This document shows, piece by piece, positions 12,300-24,102 of a stretch of DNA of 64,000 bases. This stretch comes from Chiloscyllium plagiosum. Taxonomy: Eukaryota. Position numbers and translations under genes: made by a program. Under the pieces are notes generated by a model. It saw only the letters and a program-made list of their open reading frames with translations. It was not told where the DNA came from and did no database searches. Within the stretch, counting starts at the first letter, position 1. The number at the start of each line of letters is the position of its first letter. Where the stretch lies: positions 30,501,054-30,565,053 of the forward strand of contig NC_057719.1 in the NCBI RefSeq assembly GCF_004010195.1. The letters are read 5' to 3'.

Positions 12300-14000
12300 C
12301 AAAATTAATAAGGAAGAGTTCTTGGATAGATGTTAGCACTAAAAGTTATCAAGGCACCAGGATGATGAGATGCTCCAAGAATTTTAAAGAAAATAAGGGT
12401 AGAAATTGCAGAGACACTTGCCTTTATATTTCAGTCTTCTGTGGAGTCTGGGTAGGTGCCAGAAGACTGGAAAACTGCAAATATTATGGTCTTATTCAAA
12501 AAGTGTTGAAGGGATAATCCTAGCTAGAACAGATCTAGAACCAGGGATTAGCTAGTCGCATGGTAAAATGTGAATTGCTTAGGAAGAGTCAGTGTGGATT
12601 AAATTAGAAATCATGTTTAACGAACTTGCTGGAATTTTTTGAAGATGTGGTGAAAGGGTTGATAATGGTTTTCCTTTTGACATGGTATATATGGATTTCC
12701 AGAAAGCATTTCTTCAGTGCTTCAGGTCCTGGTCAAAAAGGAACAGTGGCAACATGGATACAAAATTGGCCGAGTGATAGAAAACAGAGAGTAACGGTCA
12801 ATGGATTTTTTGGGGGCTGGAAGAAGCCTTGTAGTGGATCTCCCTGGGGTTTGGTATTGGGACTCTTGTTTTTTATGATACAAAATAATGATTGGGACCT
12901 TGGTGTGCAAGGGACAATTTTCAAATTTGCAGATGACACTAAACTTGGAAGAATCGTAAACTGAGAGAAGAATAGTGGGGAATTCCAAAAGGACATTAAC
13001 AAGTTGGTAGAGCCAGTAGATAGGAGGCAGATTAGGTTCAATGCAGAGAAGTGTGAGGTGATGCATATTGGTCAGAAGAACACTGAAAGACAATATACAG
13101 GAACAATTCTAAACGGGGTCTAACAGCAGAGGGATCATTGTACAGATCATTGAAATTGGCAGAATAGATGGAGAGAACAGTAAATAAAACATGTGGTGTT
13201 CTCGGCTTTAATAATAGTGACATAGAGTACAAGAACAGGGAGGTGATGTCGACAAGACACCTAGTAGAACTCCTCTGGAGTATTATCCACAGTCGTGGAT
13301 ACTGCATTAGAGAAAATATGCAAATACATTTGAGGGAGCGCGGAAGCGATTTACTAGAATGGTTCCAGGTAGAAGAAATTTCAGCTATGAGGACCTTTTG
13401 AAGCAATGGGAGAAAGAAGAGATAACTCTTCATCAGAACAAAGATGTTCTGATGAAGAGTCATGGGACTCAAAGCATTAACTCTGCCTTTTTCCCGGAGA
13501 TGCTGCCATATCTGCTGAGTTTTGCCAGCAATATCTGTTGTTGATTCAGATCTCCAGCACCTGCAGTTCTTTGCTTTACTTTATTGAAGAAGTTGGGATA
13601 GTTCTCCTGGAAAGAAGAAAGCTGAGAGGAGATCTGAGTGAGGTTTTCAAAATCATAAGTGGGCTAGGCAGAGTAGGTAGAATGAAGCAGTTTTCACTTA
13701 TAAAAGGAACAAAAATGAGAGGCTTCAGATTTAAAGTGATATGTAAATGAAGCAAAAGTAATGTGAAAAAAAACTTTTCCACACAGCGAGTTTTTAGGAT
13801 ATGGAACACACTACCTGGAAATGTGGTGGAGGCAGGTTCAATTAAAGCATTCAAGAGGGCATTGGAAGGTTCTTTGGATAGTCATGATGTGCAGGGATGT
13901 AGGGAAAAGGCAGGAGATTGGGCCTTGCTAATAGAGCCAATGCCAGCATGATGGGCCAAATGGCCTCCTTATGCACCATAATAATTCTGTGATTCTGAGA
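12300..14000 (+). mobile_element. Old CR1 ORF2 3' half, degenerate, with a Penelope-derived hairpin insert
   Basis: NLLEFFE, WIQNW..DRKQRV, KFADDTKLG, RRKLRGDL; tail attctgtgattct. Confidence 0.8.
13404..13583 (+). mobile_element. Penelope-derived short element with a 16-bp perfect hairpin and a degenerate hammerhead
   Basis: ACTCTTCATCAGAACA (13425-13440) and TGTTCTGATGAAGAGT (13445-13460); CTGATGA-A-GAGTC-ATGG-GACTC-AAAG; TTGAAG on both sides. Confidence 0.7.
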
Positions 14001-14084
14001 TGGTGGATCCTTCTAGATGGTTCCTTGAGTAGATTGTAAAAATAATTTACCAATATGCTTCATTACCCAATTTTTCAAACATAA

Positions 14085-14320
14085 AACAAAACTTCGCTTG
14101 GCTGGTGTAAGAAAGGCGCTCGCTGTCATATCCTTCCTACAGGCTGAGAGTTTAAACCTCTCTGTGTGCTGCCCTCGAGGTGGGCACGGTGGGAAAGAGA
14201 TCAATGTCCACCTCCATCAAGAACACACTTTTGCAAAGAATGCCTGGAAAGAGCTGCAATGACTTTATTGAAATTCACTCCCTGCAATTCTGTAATGCAG
14301 GACTGTGTACTGTAAGGACG
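14085..14320 (+). mobile_element. Tx1/L1-type C-terminal zinc-finger remnant
   Basis: WL..RKAL...SFL...CPRGG...HL....FAK.AW pattern with frameshifts. Confidence 0.45.
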
Positions 14321-14534
14321 TAATTGAATGCATAATAATGCATCTGATGCAATTACTTTGAGTAACTTATTAAGAAAAATCTGAAATCTCAGTTATCTAC
14401 TGTAAGAGTTAAGCCATAAGATTCCATAATTTAAAATAAAAAGGACTTTACTATACAGAAGTCATTCAAAGCAAACACTAAGTACAATCTTGGGAAACAT
14501 CTATATTCTAAAACCCAGAAATAATGTAAATTGA

Positions 14535-15290
14535 ACATACAAATTTACAAATTAGGAGTATGAGCAGGCAATTTGGCACCCTACTATTCATGAAGAAAAT
14601 GGTTGATCTGATTACTCCACATTCCCACCTATCCCCAATATCCTTTCACCTTGGTGCTTATCAAGAATCTATTTACCTCTGCCTAAAAATATTTAAAGAC
14701 TCTGCTTCCACCATGTTTTGAAGAAGAGTTCTAAACACTCACAACCCTCTGAGGGAAAACAACTCTCCTTTTCTCTGTCTTAAATGGAAACTAGTTAGTG
14801 TTGAACTGTGAATTCTAATTCTAGAGTCCCCCATAAGAAAAATCAATCTTCCCATATTCACCCTGTCAAGATCTCTCAGAGTCTAAAATTTCAAACAAAT
14901 CATCTCTTACTCTTACAAACTCAAACAGATACAAGAGTCTAGATTAAGTAGTGCTGGAAAAGATACACGCCTAGCCAGTCAAGCTTTTCTCATAAGCCAA
15001 TTGTCCAGTCTAGATTTTAGTCTAGTAATCCTCCTCTAAAGTGCTTATGATATGTTTATGTTCTTGCTTAAATAAGACTAATATTGTATAAGTACTCCAG
15101 ATGTGACTTCACCAATGCTCTGTGTAACGAAAGCATAACCTCATTTCTTTATTATTCAATTCCCTTACAATAAACGATAACATTCTATTTGCTTTCCTAA
15201 TCACTTACTATATACTTTTTTTTGGTGATTCACGCACTGGGCCACCCAGATCACTCTAAATCTCAGAGTTGTGGAATGTTATCTTTTCAC
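14535..15290 (-). mobile_element. Old CR1 3' fragment
   Basis: Reverse-complement CR1 hallmarks: tactccagatgtg..caccaatgc, acaaccctctgag, tctgcttccacc. Confidence 0.65.
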
Positions 15291-15379
15291 TATCCTGTGT
15301 GTTTTTTTGCAACACTGGAACATAACCACTTGTTTTAACCTTTTCTCCTATATTTATGCTGTGTCTGTTCTACTCAAAT

Positions 15380-15612
15380 GAAAAACAAAAGAACTACGAA
15401 TGCTGTAAATCAGAAACAAAACCAGAAGTCACTGGAAAAGCTCAGCAGGTCTGGCTGCATCTGTGAAGATAAATCAAAGTTAACGTTTCAAGCCCAGTGA
15501 CCCTTCCACAGAACTCCAGTTATGAACTCCGGACCCAAAACGTTAACTTTGATTTCTCTTCACAGATGTGGTCAGACCTGCTGAGCTATTCCAGCAACAT
15601 TTGTTTTTGTTC
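15380..15612. repeat. Penelope-derived fold-back (two inverted pLTR arms)
   Basis: Arm 15416-15500 (ctggaaaagctcagcaggtctgg...aaagttaacgttt) is the inverse of arm 15530-15611 (aaacgttaactttg...cagacctgctgagctattccag). Confidence 0.8.
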
Positions 15613-15795
15613 TGCTCACATGCTTGACTACACATAACCTTAGTGAAGATTGATTCAACCGTTGTTTCTAAGCTATGTTGTTTCAAATCCTAACTAAGAT
15701 CTATTAAACATTTATGTTAACAATTTCTTTTCTTTCAAACTGACTGTGAGGTAGCAGAGAAAAAATAGTGAAACTTGCGGAATGCAGAAGGTCAT

Positions 15796-16903
15796 TGAAA
15801 TAACTCCTCAAAGCTGACACCCCGTCATCAAGTCACCCTTCATTTACATGTGGAAAGACCCTGACACTGATCCAGCAGCCTCAGAGCCAGAGTCTGACAC
15901 TCCTGCCTTTTTTTTTGGTAGCCAGGGCTACCTGATTAGACCAGATTAACAGCCTCAATCAGGGAACTCAATCTATGAGGTCTAACTGGCTGACCTCCTT
16001 ACAATCACTACATCTCTCCCCCTCTGGGTATGAGGACATGGACCATTTCTTTTTCTTATGGCTCATCCTGGGGTGTTTTAGCACTAGGTCAGCTTGCTGT
16101 GATTTTGCCTTGGATACAAGCAGTATGTAACACATAGTAACTCTTGTGCTCAGGGTGTCTTGGAAGAAATTCATTCTCTTCGTCAGGCAGCAAATACATC
16201 AAGGTAGCAACATTCACCATGTCCATCTCAGATTCCAACATCTCTTCAATGCTTGGAGTGGGAGAATTCACCAGTTACACCAGCCTTTCCAACTGTTCAG
16301 AGGAGTCAGGCATGTTTTGTTCCCTCCCTGTTTGCAAGTTTGCAGCTTTCAAATGGTCCACATGCTTGTTCACAACCGTCGTACCTACCCTAACCTCATA
16401 CGTCACTAATCCTGACCTTGTGTTAACCATGTCTCTTACCCATGCAGGGCCATTCCCCTGGTTCCTGCACCAAACTTCATTCCCTGAAGTAAGCTTTGTC
16501 TCTCGCTTAGTGTAGCCTTGAGTCCAGCATTGGTGTTCCTTATGCCATTTGCCACCTCACCCACCTAACCTTTCCAAGTAACAGCATGATGCCAGAAATG
16601 CTTACCCCAACTCAAAAGATGACTGTTGCAAGCAAATTTCTTCAGAAGTGTGCTTTGTTCTCGTTGCCATAGATATAAATTCATAGAGGCTGGCACCCCG
16701 TCACCAAGTCACCCTTTATTTACATGTGGAAAGTCCTTAACACTGATCTAGCTCCCTCAGTCAGCTCTCAGAATGTCAGGATATCTGACACTCTTGTTTT
16801 TATTTGTCAGCCAGGGTTCCCTGATTGGACCAGATTAACAGCCCCAACCAGGGAACTCATATTCTGAGAGGTCCACCTAACTGACTTTGTCTCAGTCACT
16901 ACA
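15796..16903 (-). mobile_element. Internally deleted Gypsy LTR retrotransposon (TRIM-like) with two LTRs, PBS, PPT and 5-bp TSD
   Basis: LTRs ~16671-16903 and 15796-16012, both starting TGTAGTGA on the minus strand. PBS TGGCAACGAG at 16660-16669; PPT AGGGGGAGAGA next to the 3' LTR; TSD GTCAT at 15791-15795 and 16904-16908; integrase tail GNEVWCRNQGNGPAWV...YEVRVG...KHVDHLK. Confidence 0.88.
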
Positions 16904-17429
16904 GTCATTAATCTGTTTACGGCAATGTTGCACATTCTTACAGACCACTGATCTGGGCATCAATCTTGGACCAGTCTGGCATAATCTAGTGCTATGGTTA
17001 CCCCGGAGTATCCCAGGAAAAAAATAATGGTCCTTCTCTGCACCAGCTCATCGAACAGGACCCCCAGGTCTTTATTGGCAAAATGGGGCGCGAATTTGTC
17101 TCTGTAAGTAAAAAGCAACACACAGGCCAATACCTATATTGTAGCATTAAATGGGTACAGAATGAGGTTGAGATGTGGTGCCCAAGTAGTGAATATCTGA
17201 AGGGTCTGGCGTCAGCGATTACTTGTGCTGGGCACAAGACTGCATGAGGATGGCATTGTGGACGGAAGTTGTGTACTTGATGAAGTCAACAATGGAGAAT
17301 TGCCTGAGGAAATTCACCATGACTCATTAAGGGAAACCCTACATGAAATTTCCCAAATTGACACAGCCAAAATAAGGGAAAATGCAACCCTTGGTCACAA
17401 GAGGCAGCAGAATCTTTTTTAACAGTGAG

Positions 17430-18184
17430 GTTTTCAACACAAACGATAAAAAGAATTTTTAAAAATCGAGCTACTTACATATAGAACACAGTTAGAAAGA
17501 TCTTTAAACACACAAAAGAACTTTCATCAAGTTTCCTGACAATATCTGTTAAGATATTCAAATCCATATAAATTAGTCATCTATATCAAATCTTTACGTT
17601 TAACAACTGATTCTCCCCAATTAGTGACCTGTGAACTATGGAATCTTCTTACATTTAAAGTAAGAATTTAAACTTTCTCAGCTTTTAACAAACTGCAGAT
17701 TTCTAACCAAATATTTATATTCTGGAAGCTACAAACTCAACTCCTACTGAGATGACTGCTTTTCCTAAACTGCAATTAAAAAAATTATTTTGTAGGAGAA
17801 AAAACAGACTCACTTTTGACTCGTGAGGTAATTTCTGTACTGCCCTAAAAACAATCAATCAATCTAAATTCAACTCAATCTCTGATTATCCAGATCTGAG
17901 AACAAGCTAATTGTCTCTATGTTTACCCCACCTATCACAAAACCCACAGTGTAAACATCTTATTCCATGACTATTCCAGAGGTTTGCAGTCAACTGCTCT
18001 TTGATACATATTCTTCCAGAAGACTATCTGAATTAGTTTATTTAAAACTGTTTACAAAATAACCAACACGTGCTATTTCTTTGAAATTCAAACTCTAAAA
18101 ATGAAGTTAACATATGTAAAAATACATACCCTTCAACATTCTAGCTTTATCACTTTGAAATCTTCTTCTGTCCTCTTCATGACA
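17430..18184. repeat. Dispersed repeat, probably a solo LTR, homologous to 32755-33990
   Basis: Shared blocks aactttctcag...gatttctaaccaaa at 17671-17712 and 33158-33198; both end in (c/t)atgaca. Confidence 0.5.
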
Positions 18185-18257
18185 TACTTTCCTACACGAA
18201 TTAAAAGGCAAATTGGAGTCAATAATTAAAATAAATAATGCATAGACACAAATAGAT

Positions 18258-21200
18258 TCTCCTCCTGCAGAATGTGGCAGATGAGAGACACTTCACATGT
18301 CTCTGCCGACTACATCTGTGGGAAGTGCACCCAACTCCAGCTTCTCGAAAACCGAGTTAGGGAACTGGAGCTGGAGCTGGATGAACTACGGATTATTGGG
18401 GAGGCTGAGGGGGAAATTGAGAGGATGTACAGGGAGGTGGTCACTCCCCAGACACAGGATAAGGCCAGCTGGGTTACTGTCAGGGGGAGGAAAGGGAACC
18501 AACAGTCAGAGCAGGGATCCCCTGTGGCCGTTCCCCACAGCAATAATTATACAGGTTTGGATACTGCTGGTGGGGACAGCCTACCGGGGAAAGCCATAGT
18601 TGACAGGTCTCTGGCACTGAGGCTCAGAAGGGAAGGGGGAAAATAGAATAGCACTAGTGGTAGGGGACTCAATAGTTAGGCGGAGTGACAGGAGGTTTTG
18701 TGGTCAGGAACGGGACTCCCGGAAGGTATGTTGCCTCCCTGGTGCCAGAATGTCGCTGATCGGATTTACAAGATTCTGAAGGGGGAGGGTGAGCAGCCAG
18801 AAATCATGGTACATATTGGCACCAATGATATAGACAGGAAAGGGATTGAGGATCTGAAAAGTGACTACAGAGAGTTAGGTTGGAAGCTGAAGAGCAGGAC
18901 AAGTAGAGTAGTGATCTCAGGTTTGCTACCGGTTCCACTAGCTGAGGAACAGTCAGCGAATGCAGCTTAACACGTGGCTGCGAGGCTGGTGCAGGAGGGA
19001 GGGATTCAGATACCTCGACCGTTGGGATACCTTCTGGGGAAGGTGGTCCTGTACATGAAGGACGGGTTGCACCTGAACTGGAGGGGCACAAATGTCCTGG
19101 GTGGGAGATTTGCTTGTGTGATTTGAGAGGGTTTAAATTAGTTTGGCAGGGGGGTGGAAATCAGAGCCACATGCCTGAGTGGGGGTCAGTTGCAGACGGG
19201 TGAGTGACAGGATATATTGAATCTATCAGGAAGGTTTCTCACGCGATGAAACAAATGGATCAGTTAAAGTGTGTCTGCTTTAATGCAAGGAGTATCCGAA
19301 ATAAGAGTGACGAACTTAGAACATGGATCAGTACTTGGGGCTACAATGTTGTGGCCAAAACGGAGACGTGGGTTTCACAGGGGCAGGAATGGTTGCTTGA
19401 TGTTCCAGGATTTAGAACGTTTAAAAAAAGTAGGGAGGGTAGAAAAAGAGGAGGGGGTGTAGCATTGCTAATTAAAGAGTTTCTATAGCATCACAGCTAT
19501 AGAAACAAAAGTTGTTGAGGAAGGTTTGTCTACTGAGTCAGAATGGGTGGAAGTTAGGAACAGCAAGGGAACAGCCACCACATTGGGAGTTTTCTACAGA
19601 CCACCACCTAGTAGAATTAGAAATTGAAGATCTCATAGGCGAGCAGATTCTGGAAAAATGCAAAAGTAGCAGGGTTGTTGTTGTGGATGATTTCAACTTT
19701 CCCGATATCGACTGGAACCTCCTAAGTGCAGATGGTTTGGATGGAGCCGTTTTTGTCAGGTGTGTTCAGGAGGGTTTCCTTTCTCAGTATGTAGACAGCC
19801 TGAGGAGGGTAGAGGCCATTTTGGATTTAGTGCTTGGCAACGACACAGGACAGGTGTCAGATCTCATGGTGGGAGAGCACTTTGGTGAAAGTGATCACAA
19901 CTGCCTCACATTTAGCATAGTCTTGGAGAGTGAAAAGAGCAGTTACCTAAGGAAGATATTTAATTGGGGAATAGGAAATTATGATGCTATCAGACAGGAG
20001 TTGGGAAGTACACACTGGGAGCAATTGTTCCATAGAAAGGGCACAGCAAACATGTGGAGACTATTTAAGGAGCAGTTGCTGCGAGTGATGCACAAATTTG
20101 TTCCTCTGAGACAGGTAAGAAGGTGTAAGATTAAGGAACCTTGGATGATGAGAACAGAGGAACTTCTCGTCAAAAGGAAGAAGGCAGCGTACGTAAGGTG
20201 GAGGAAGCAAGGGTCTAGCACAGCTTTTGAGGATTACAGGCTTGCTAGAAAGGTGCTCAGAAATGGACTGAGGAGAGCCAGGAGGGGGCATGAAAAAGGC
20301 TTGGCAAGAAGGATCAGGGAGAACCCCAAAGGCATTTTACTCATACGTGAGGATAAGAGAATGATCAGGAAAAAGGTAGGGCCAATCAGGGAAAGCAGAG
20401 GCAACTTGTGCGTGGAGTCTGAGCAGATAGTGGAAGCCCTAAATGAGCTTTTTGCTTCGGTTTTCACCAAGAAAAGGGAACTTGTTGTAAGTGAAAACTT
20501 AGAGGAGCTGGGATACAGTCTTGACCAGATCAAGATTGATGAAGTTGATGTGTTAGAAAATTTGGAAAACATCAAGACTGATAAGTCCCCAGGGACAGAC
20601 CAGATCTATCCTAGGCTGCTCCGGGAAGCGAGAAAGGAGGTTGCTAAGCCGCTGGCGAGGATATTTGTCTCCTCACTCTCCACAGGGGTTGTACCGGAAG
20701 ATTGGAAGGAGGCGAATGTTGTTCCTCTTTTCAGGAAGGGTAATAGGGAAATCCCTGGCAATTACAAACCAGTCAGTCTCACGTCTGTGGTCAGCAAAGT
20801 TTTGGAAAGAATTCTGAGGGATAGGATTTATGACTATTTGGCAAAGCATAGTGTGATTAAAGCCAGTCAGCATGGCTTTGTGAGGGGCAGATCATGCCTC
20901 ACGAATCTTATTGAGTTCTTCGAGGAGGTATAAAGACAGGTTGACGATGATCGAGCAGTGGATATGGTGTATATGGACTTCAGCAAGGCATTTGATAATG
21001 TTCCCATGGTAGGCTCATTCATAAAGTCAGGAAGTATGGGATACAGGGAGATTTGGCTATCTGGATTCAGAATTGGCTGGCTGACAGAAGACAGAGGGTG
21101 GTTGTAGATGGAAAGTATTCTGCCTGGAGGACAGTGTTGAGAGGGGTACCGCAGGGCTCTGTTCTTGAGCCTCTGCTCTTTTTAGTTTTTATAAATAACT

Positions 21201-22142
21201 TGGATGAGGAAGTTGAGGGGTGGGTTAGTAAATTTGCAGATGACACAAAGGTTGGAGGTGTCATCGATAGTATAGAGGGCTACAGCAGGCTGCAGTGTGA
21301 CATAGACAGGATGCAGAGCTGGGCTGAGAAATGGCAGATGGAGTTCAACCTGGATAAATGCAAAGTGATGCATTTTGAAAGGCCGAACTCGAATGCTAAA
21401 TATAGGATTAAAGACAGGATTTTTGGCAGTGCGGAGGAACAGAGGGATCTGGATGTGCAAGTACATAGATCCCTCAAAGTTGCCACCCAAGTGGATTGGG
21501 TTGTTAAGAAAGCATATGGTGTTTTGGCTTTCATTAACAGGGGGATCAATTTTAAGAGCCACGAGGTTTTGCTGCAGCTCTATAAGTCCCTAGTGAGACC
21601 ACACTTGGAATACTGTGTCCAGCTCTGTTCGCCCTACTATAGGAAAGATACAGAGGCTTTAGAGACGGTGCAAAGAAGGTTTACCAGGATGCTGCCTGGA
21701 CTGGAGGGCTTGTCTTATGGAAAAAGGTTGAATAAGGTCGGACTTTTCTCTCTGGAGAGGAGGCGGAAAAGAGGAGACCTGATTGAGGTGTACAAAACTA
21801 TGAGAAGAATAGATAGAGTCAATAGCCAGAGACTTTTCCCCAGGGCAGGATTGACTGGTATGAGAAGCCGTAGTTTGAAGATATTAGAAGGAAGTTTTAA
21901 AGGAGACGTCAGAGGTAGGTTCTTGATGCAGAGAGTTGTGAATGCATGGAATGCGTTGCCAGCTGTAGTGGTGGAAGCAGAATCCTTGGGGACATTTAAG
22001 CGACTGCTAGACATGCACATGGATAGCAGTGAGTTGATGGGTGCATAGGTTAAGTTACTATATTTTACATTAGGATTAAATCTCGGCACAACATCGTGGG
22101 CCAAAGGGCCTGTTCTGTGCTGTACTTTTCTATGTTCTATGT
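18258..22142 (+). mobile_element. Near-full-length CR1/HER1 LINE: ORF1 (CxxC, coiled coil, SGNH esterase) and ORF2 (APE + RT) with few lesions
   Basis: [70 protein letters not shown]; ends TAG at 22048; (TTCTATG)2 tail. Frameshifts near 18590, 19490 and 21000, and a stop at 20931. Confidence 0.95.
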
Positions 22143-22934
22143 TAAAAAGTGGCTCAGAACTCTACTAGGCCTCACTCTCCAACGGGAAGTCCTTGAAAAC
22201 TCTTTCTTCACAAAGCATTTCAGCTCCTTTTCAGGATTTAGTTGGATCCTTATAGATGTATACATTTGGATGATACATATGTGTTCTTTCTCACTTCAGT
22301 AATAAAATACTGATTCCTATCATTTCAGTATGGAAATGTTTGGTCAGATATTGTATAATTTATTCAATTAGGTTGAAGTTTCAAGTAGATTTCAAAGTTT
22401 GAAGAAAGAATAGCCAGCATAAGAAATATATATATATTTAATTACATAACCGTATTTATACACTGTCATATTCGATAATATCTTGACTGAAAGATCAAAA
22501 AATAATAATTAATGTTAGATTTAGCAATATCACCATTCATTACTGGGAAATTAGATAACTTGCCACCCTTGGATATACATCACAAGGGTTTGAATACAAA
22601 ATAAGATATAATTTTTTAAAAGTACATTTAACAAACTTCAAACATCACTTGTTTGATTTCTGAAGAAATAATAAAAATGGGTCACAAAGCAAGGGTTTGA
22701 TTAGTACTGTAAAACACATTTTTCATTTTTGTCACTTAAGGTCAGCATCGTACACTCTCAAGTCAATATTAAACTATCAGATTGACAAAAAAATGTCTAT
22801 TCTGAAAATCTGAAATAAAAATATAAAAACTGGAAATAGATCAGCATATTAAAATTAGAAAATAGGATAAATCCCTATTATTTCTGCTTCAGATGTTGAC
22901 AGTCCCTATTTCTTGTGTTTACATTTCATATTAA

Positions 22935-23770
22935 AAGGTAAACACTTGTTATTCCACTCAACCACCTCCAACACGACAGAACCAACCATCTTCTCTTGAC
23001 ACTCATGGTCATTATCATCTCTGAATTCACAAACTTCAATATCTTGAGGGTGAACAGAAACTAACTGGACCAGTCATTTAAATAATGTGGCAACAAAAGC
23101 ATATCAGAGTCTGAACATTCTGTGAAGTGTAATTACTTCCTCACTCCTCAAAGCATGTTTACTATACACAAAACACAAAGTGGGAGCATGACAGAATACT
23201 TTCCACTTACCTGGATGAGTGCAGCTCTGATAATGCTCAAGTAGACAACAACATCCAGGAGAAAGTGATTATGAAGGAGAACCAGATCAGACTCAAAACA
23301 TTAACTGTTTCCCTCTCCACAGATGCTGTCATACCTGCTGCACACTCTATTTCTATTACGACAATCTGCTTAATAGGCACCACACCACATCCACCAATGA
23401 CTAGAATGCAGTGGGAGCAGTGTATAGTATCTAAAAGATCTACTGCAGCAACTAACTATGGTTCCTTTACAATATCTTCCAAGTTTGTTACCTCTGCTAC
23501 CTTGAAGGACGGGCAGCAGACGCATGGAATCATGACCATCTGCAAGTTCCCTTCAAAATCACATGCTGATGATCACATACTGATATGTATATTGATATGA
23601 GTTCCTTCATTGTTGCTGGGGTAAAATCTGGAATATCCTTCCTAGAACACAGTGGATGCACTTATATCAGATTGAAGGCAGCGGCTCACCATCACAATCT
23701 CAACTACAATTAAGCATGGACAACAAACATGCTGAGCGACACTCATATCCTAGAAAGAAATGAAAAAAAC
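22935..23770 (+). mobile_element. 3' half of the L2/CR1-group LINE (same family as 26541-29006) with an inserted Penelope-derived fragment at ~23265-23350
   Basis: cagaaactaactggacc, ctggatgagtgcagctc and caagttcccttcaa blocks shared with other copies. Confidence 0.65.
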
Positions 23771-24102
23771 CTCACCACCTCAGAAGTGCATTTTGCTGTA
23801 CCAATGCCAAATTTTGTACCTTCTGCATTGCCTCAAAAAGTAAAGAATTGAAGAAAGATTTGTATATGTGCCCATACTTGAGGAGCACAGTTGATATTGT
23901 AAACATAATATACTTATGATTGCTAAAGAGAGATTTCCTCCCAAATGTATGGATTAGATTCAAATGCAGTCCCCCTATAATAAAACAATGTTACTCAAGT
24001 TTTATATTTTTCTTTTCTTGATGTTTCTTGCTTTCAGGCAGATGACACAAAACTGGGAAGAATTGTAAATTGTGAGGTGAGCCATGCTCCAAAATGAAAT
24101 TA

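Noticed and set aside
12160..12300. ORF with DPLWRRLC (F-box-like ending)
   Set aside because: The motif is too short, the donor is poor, no partner exons were found, and the ORF runs into CR1 sequence.
17000..17422. GC-richer unique segment with short ORFs
   Set aside because: No recognisable domain or splice structure; left unassigned.
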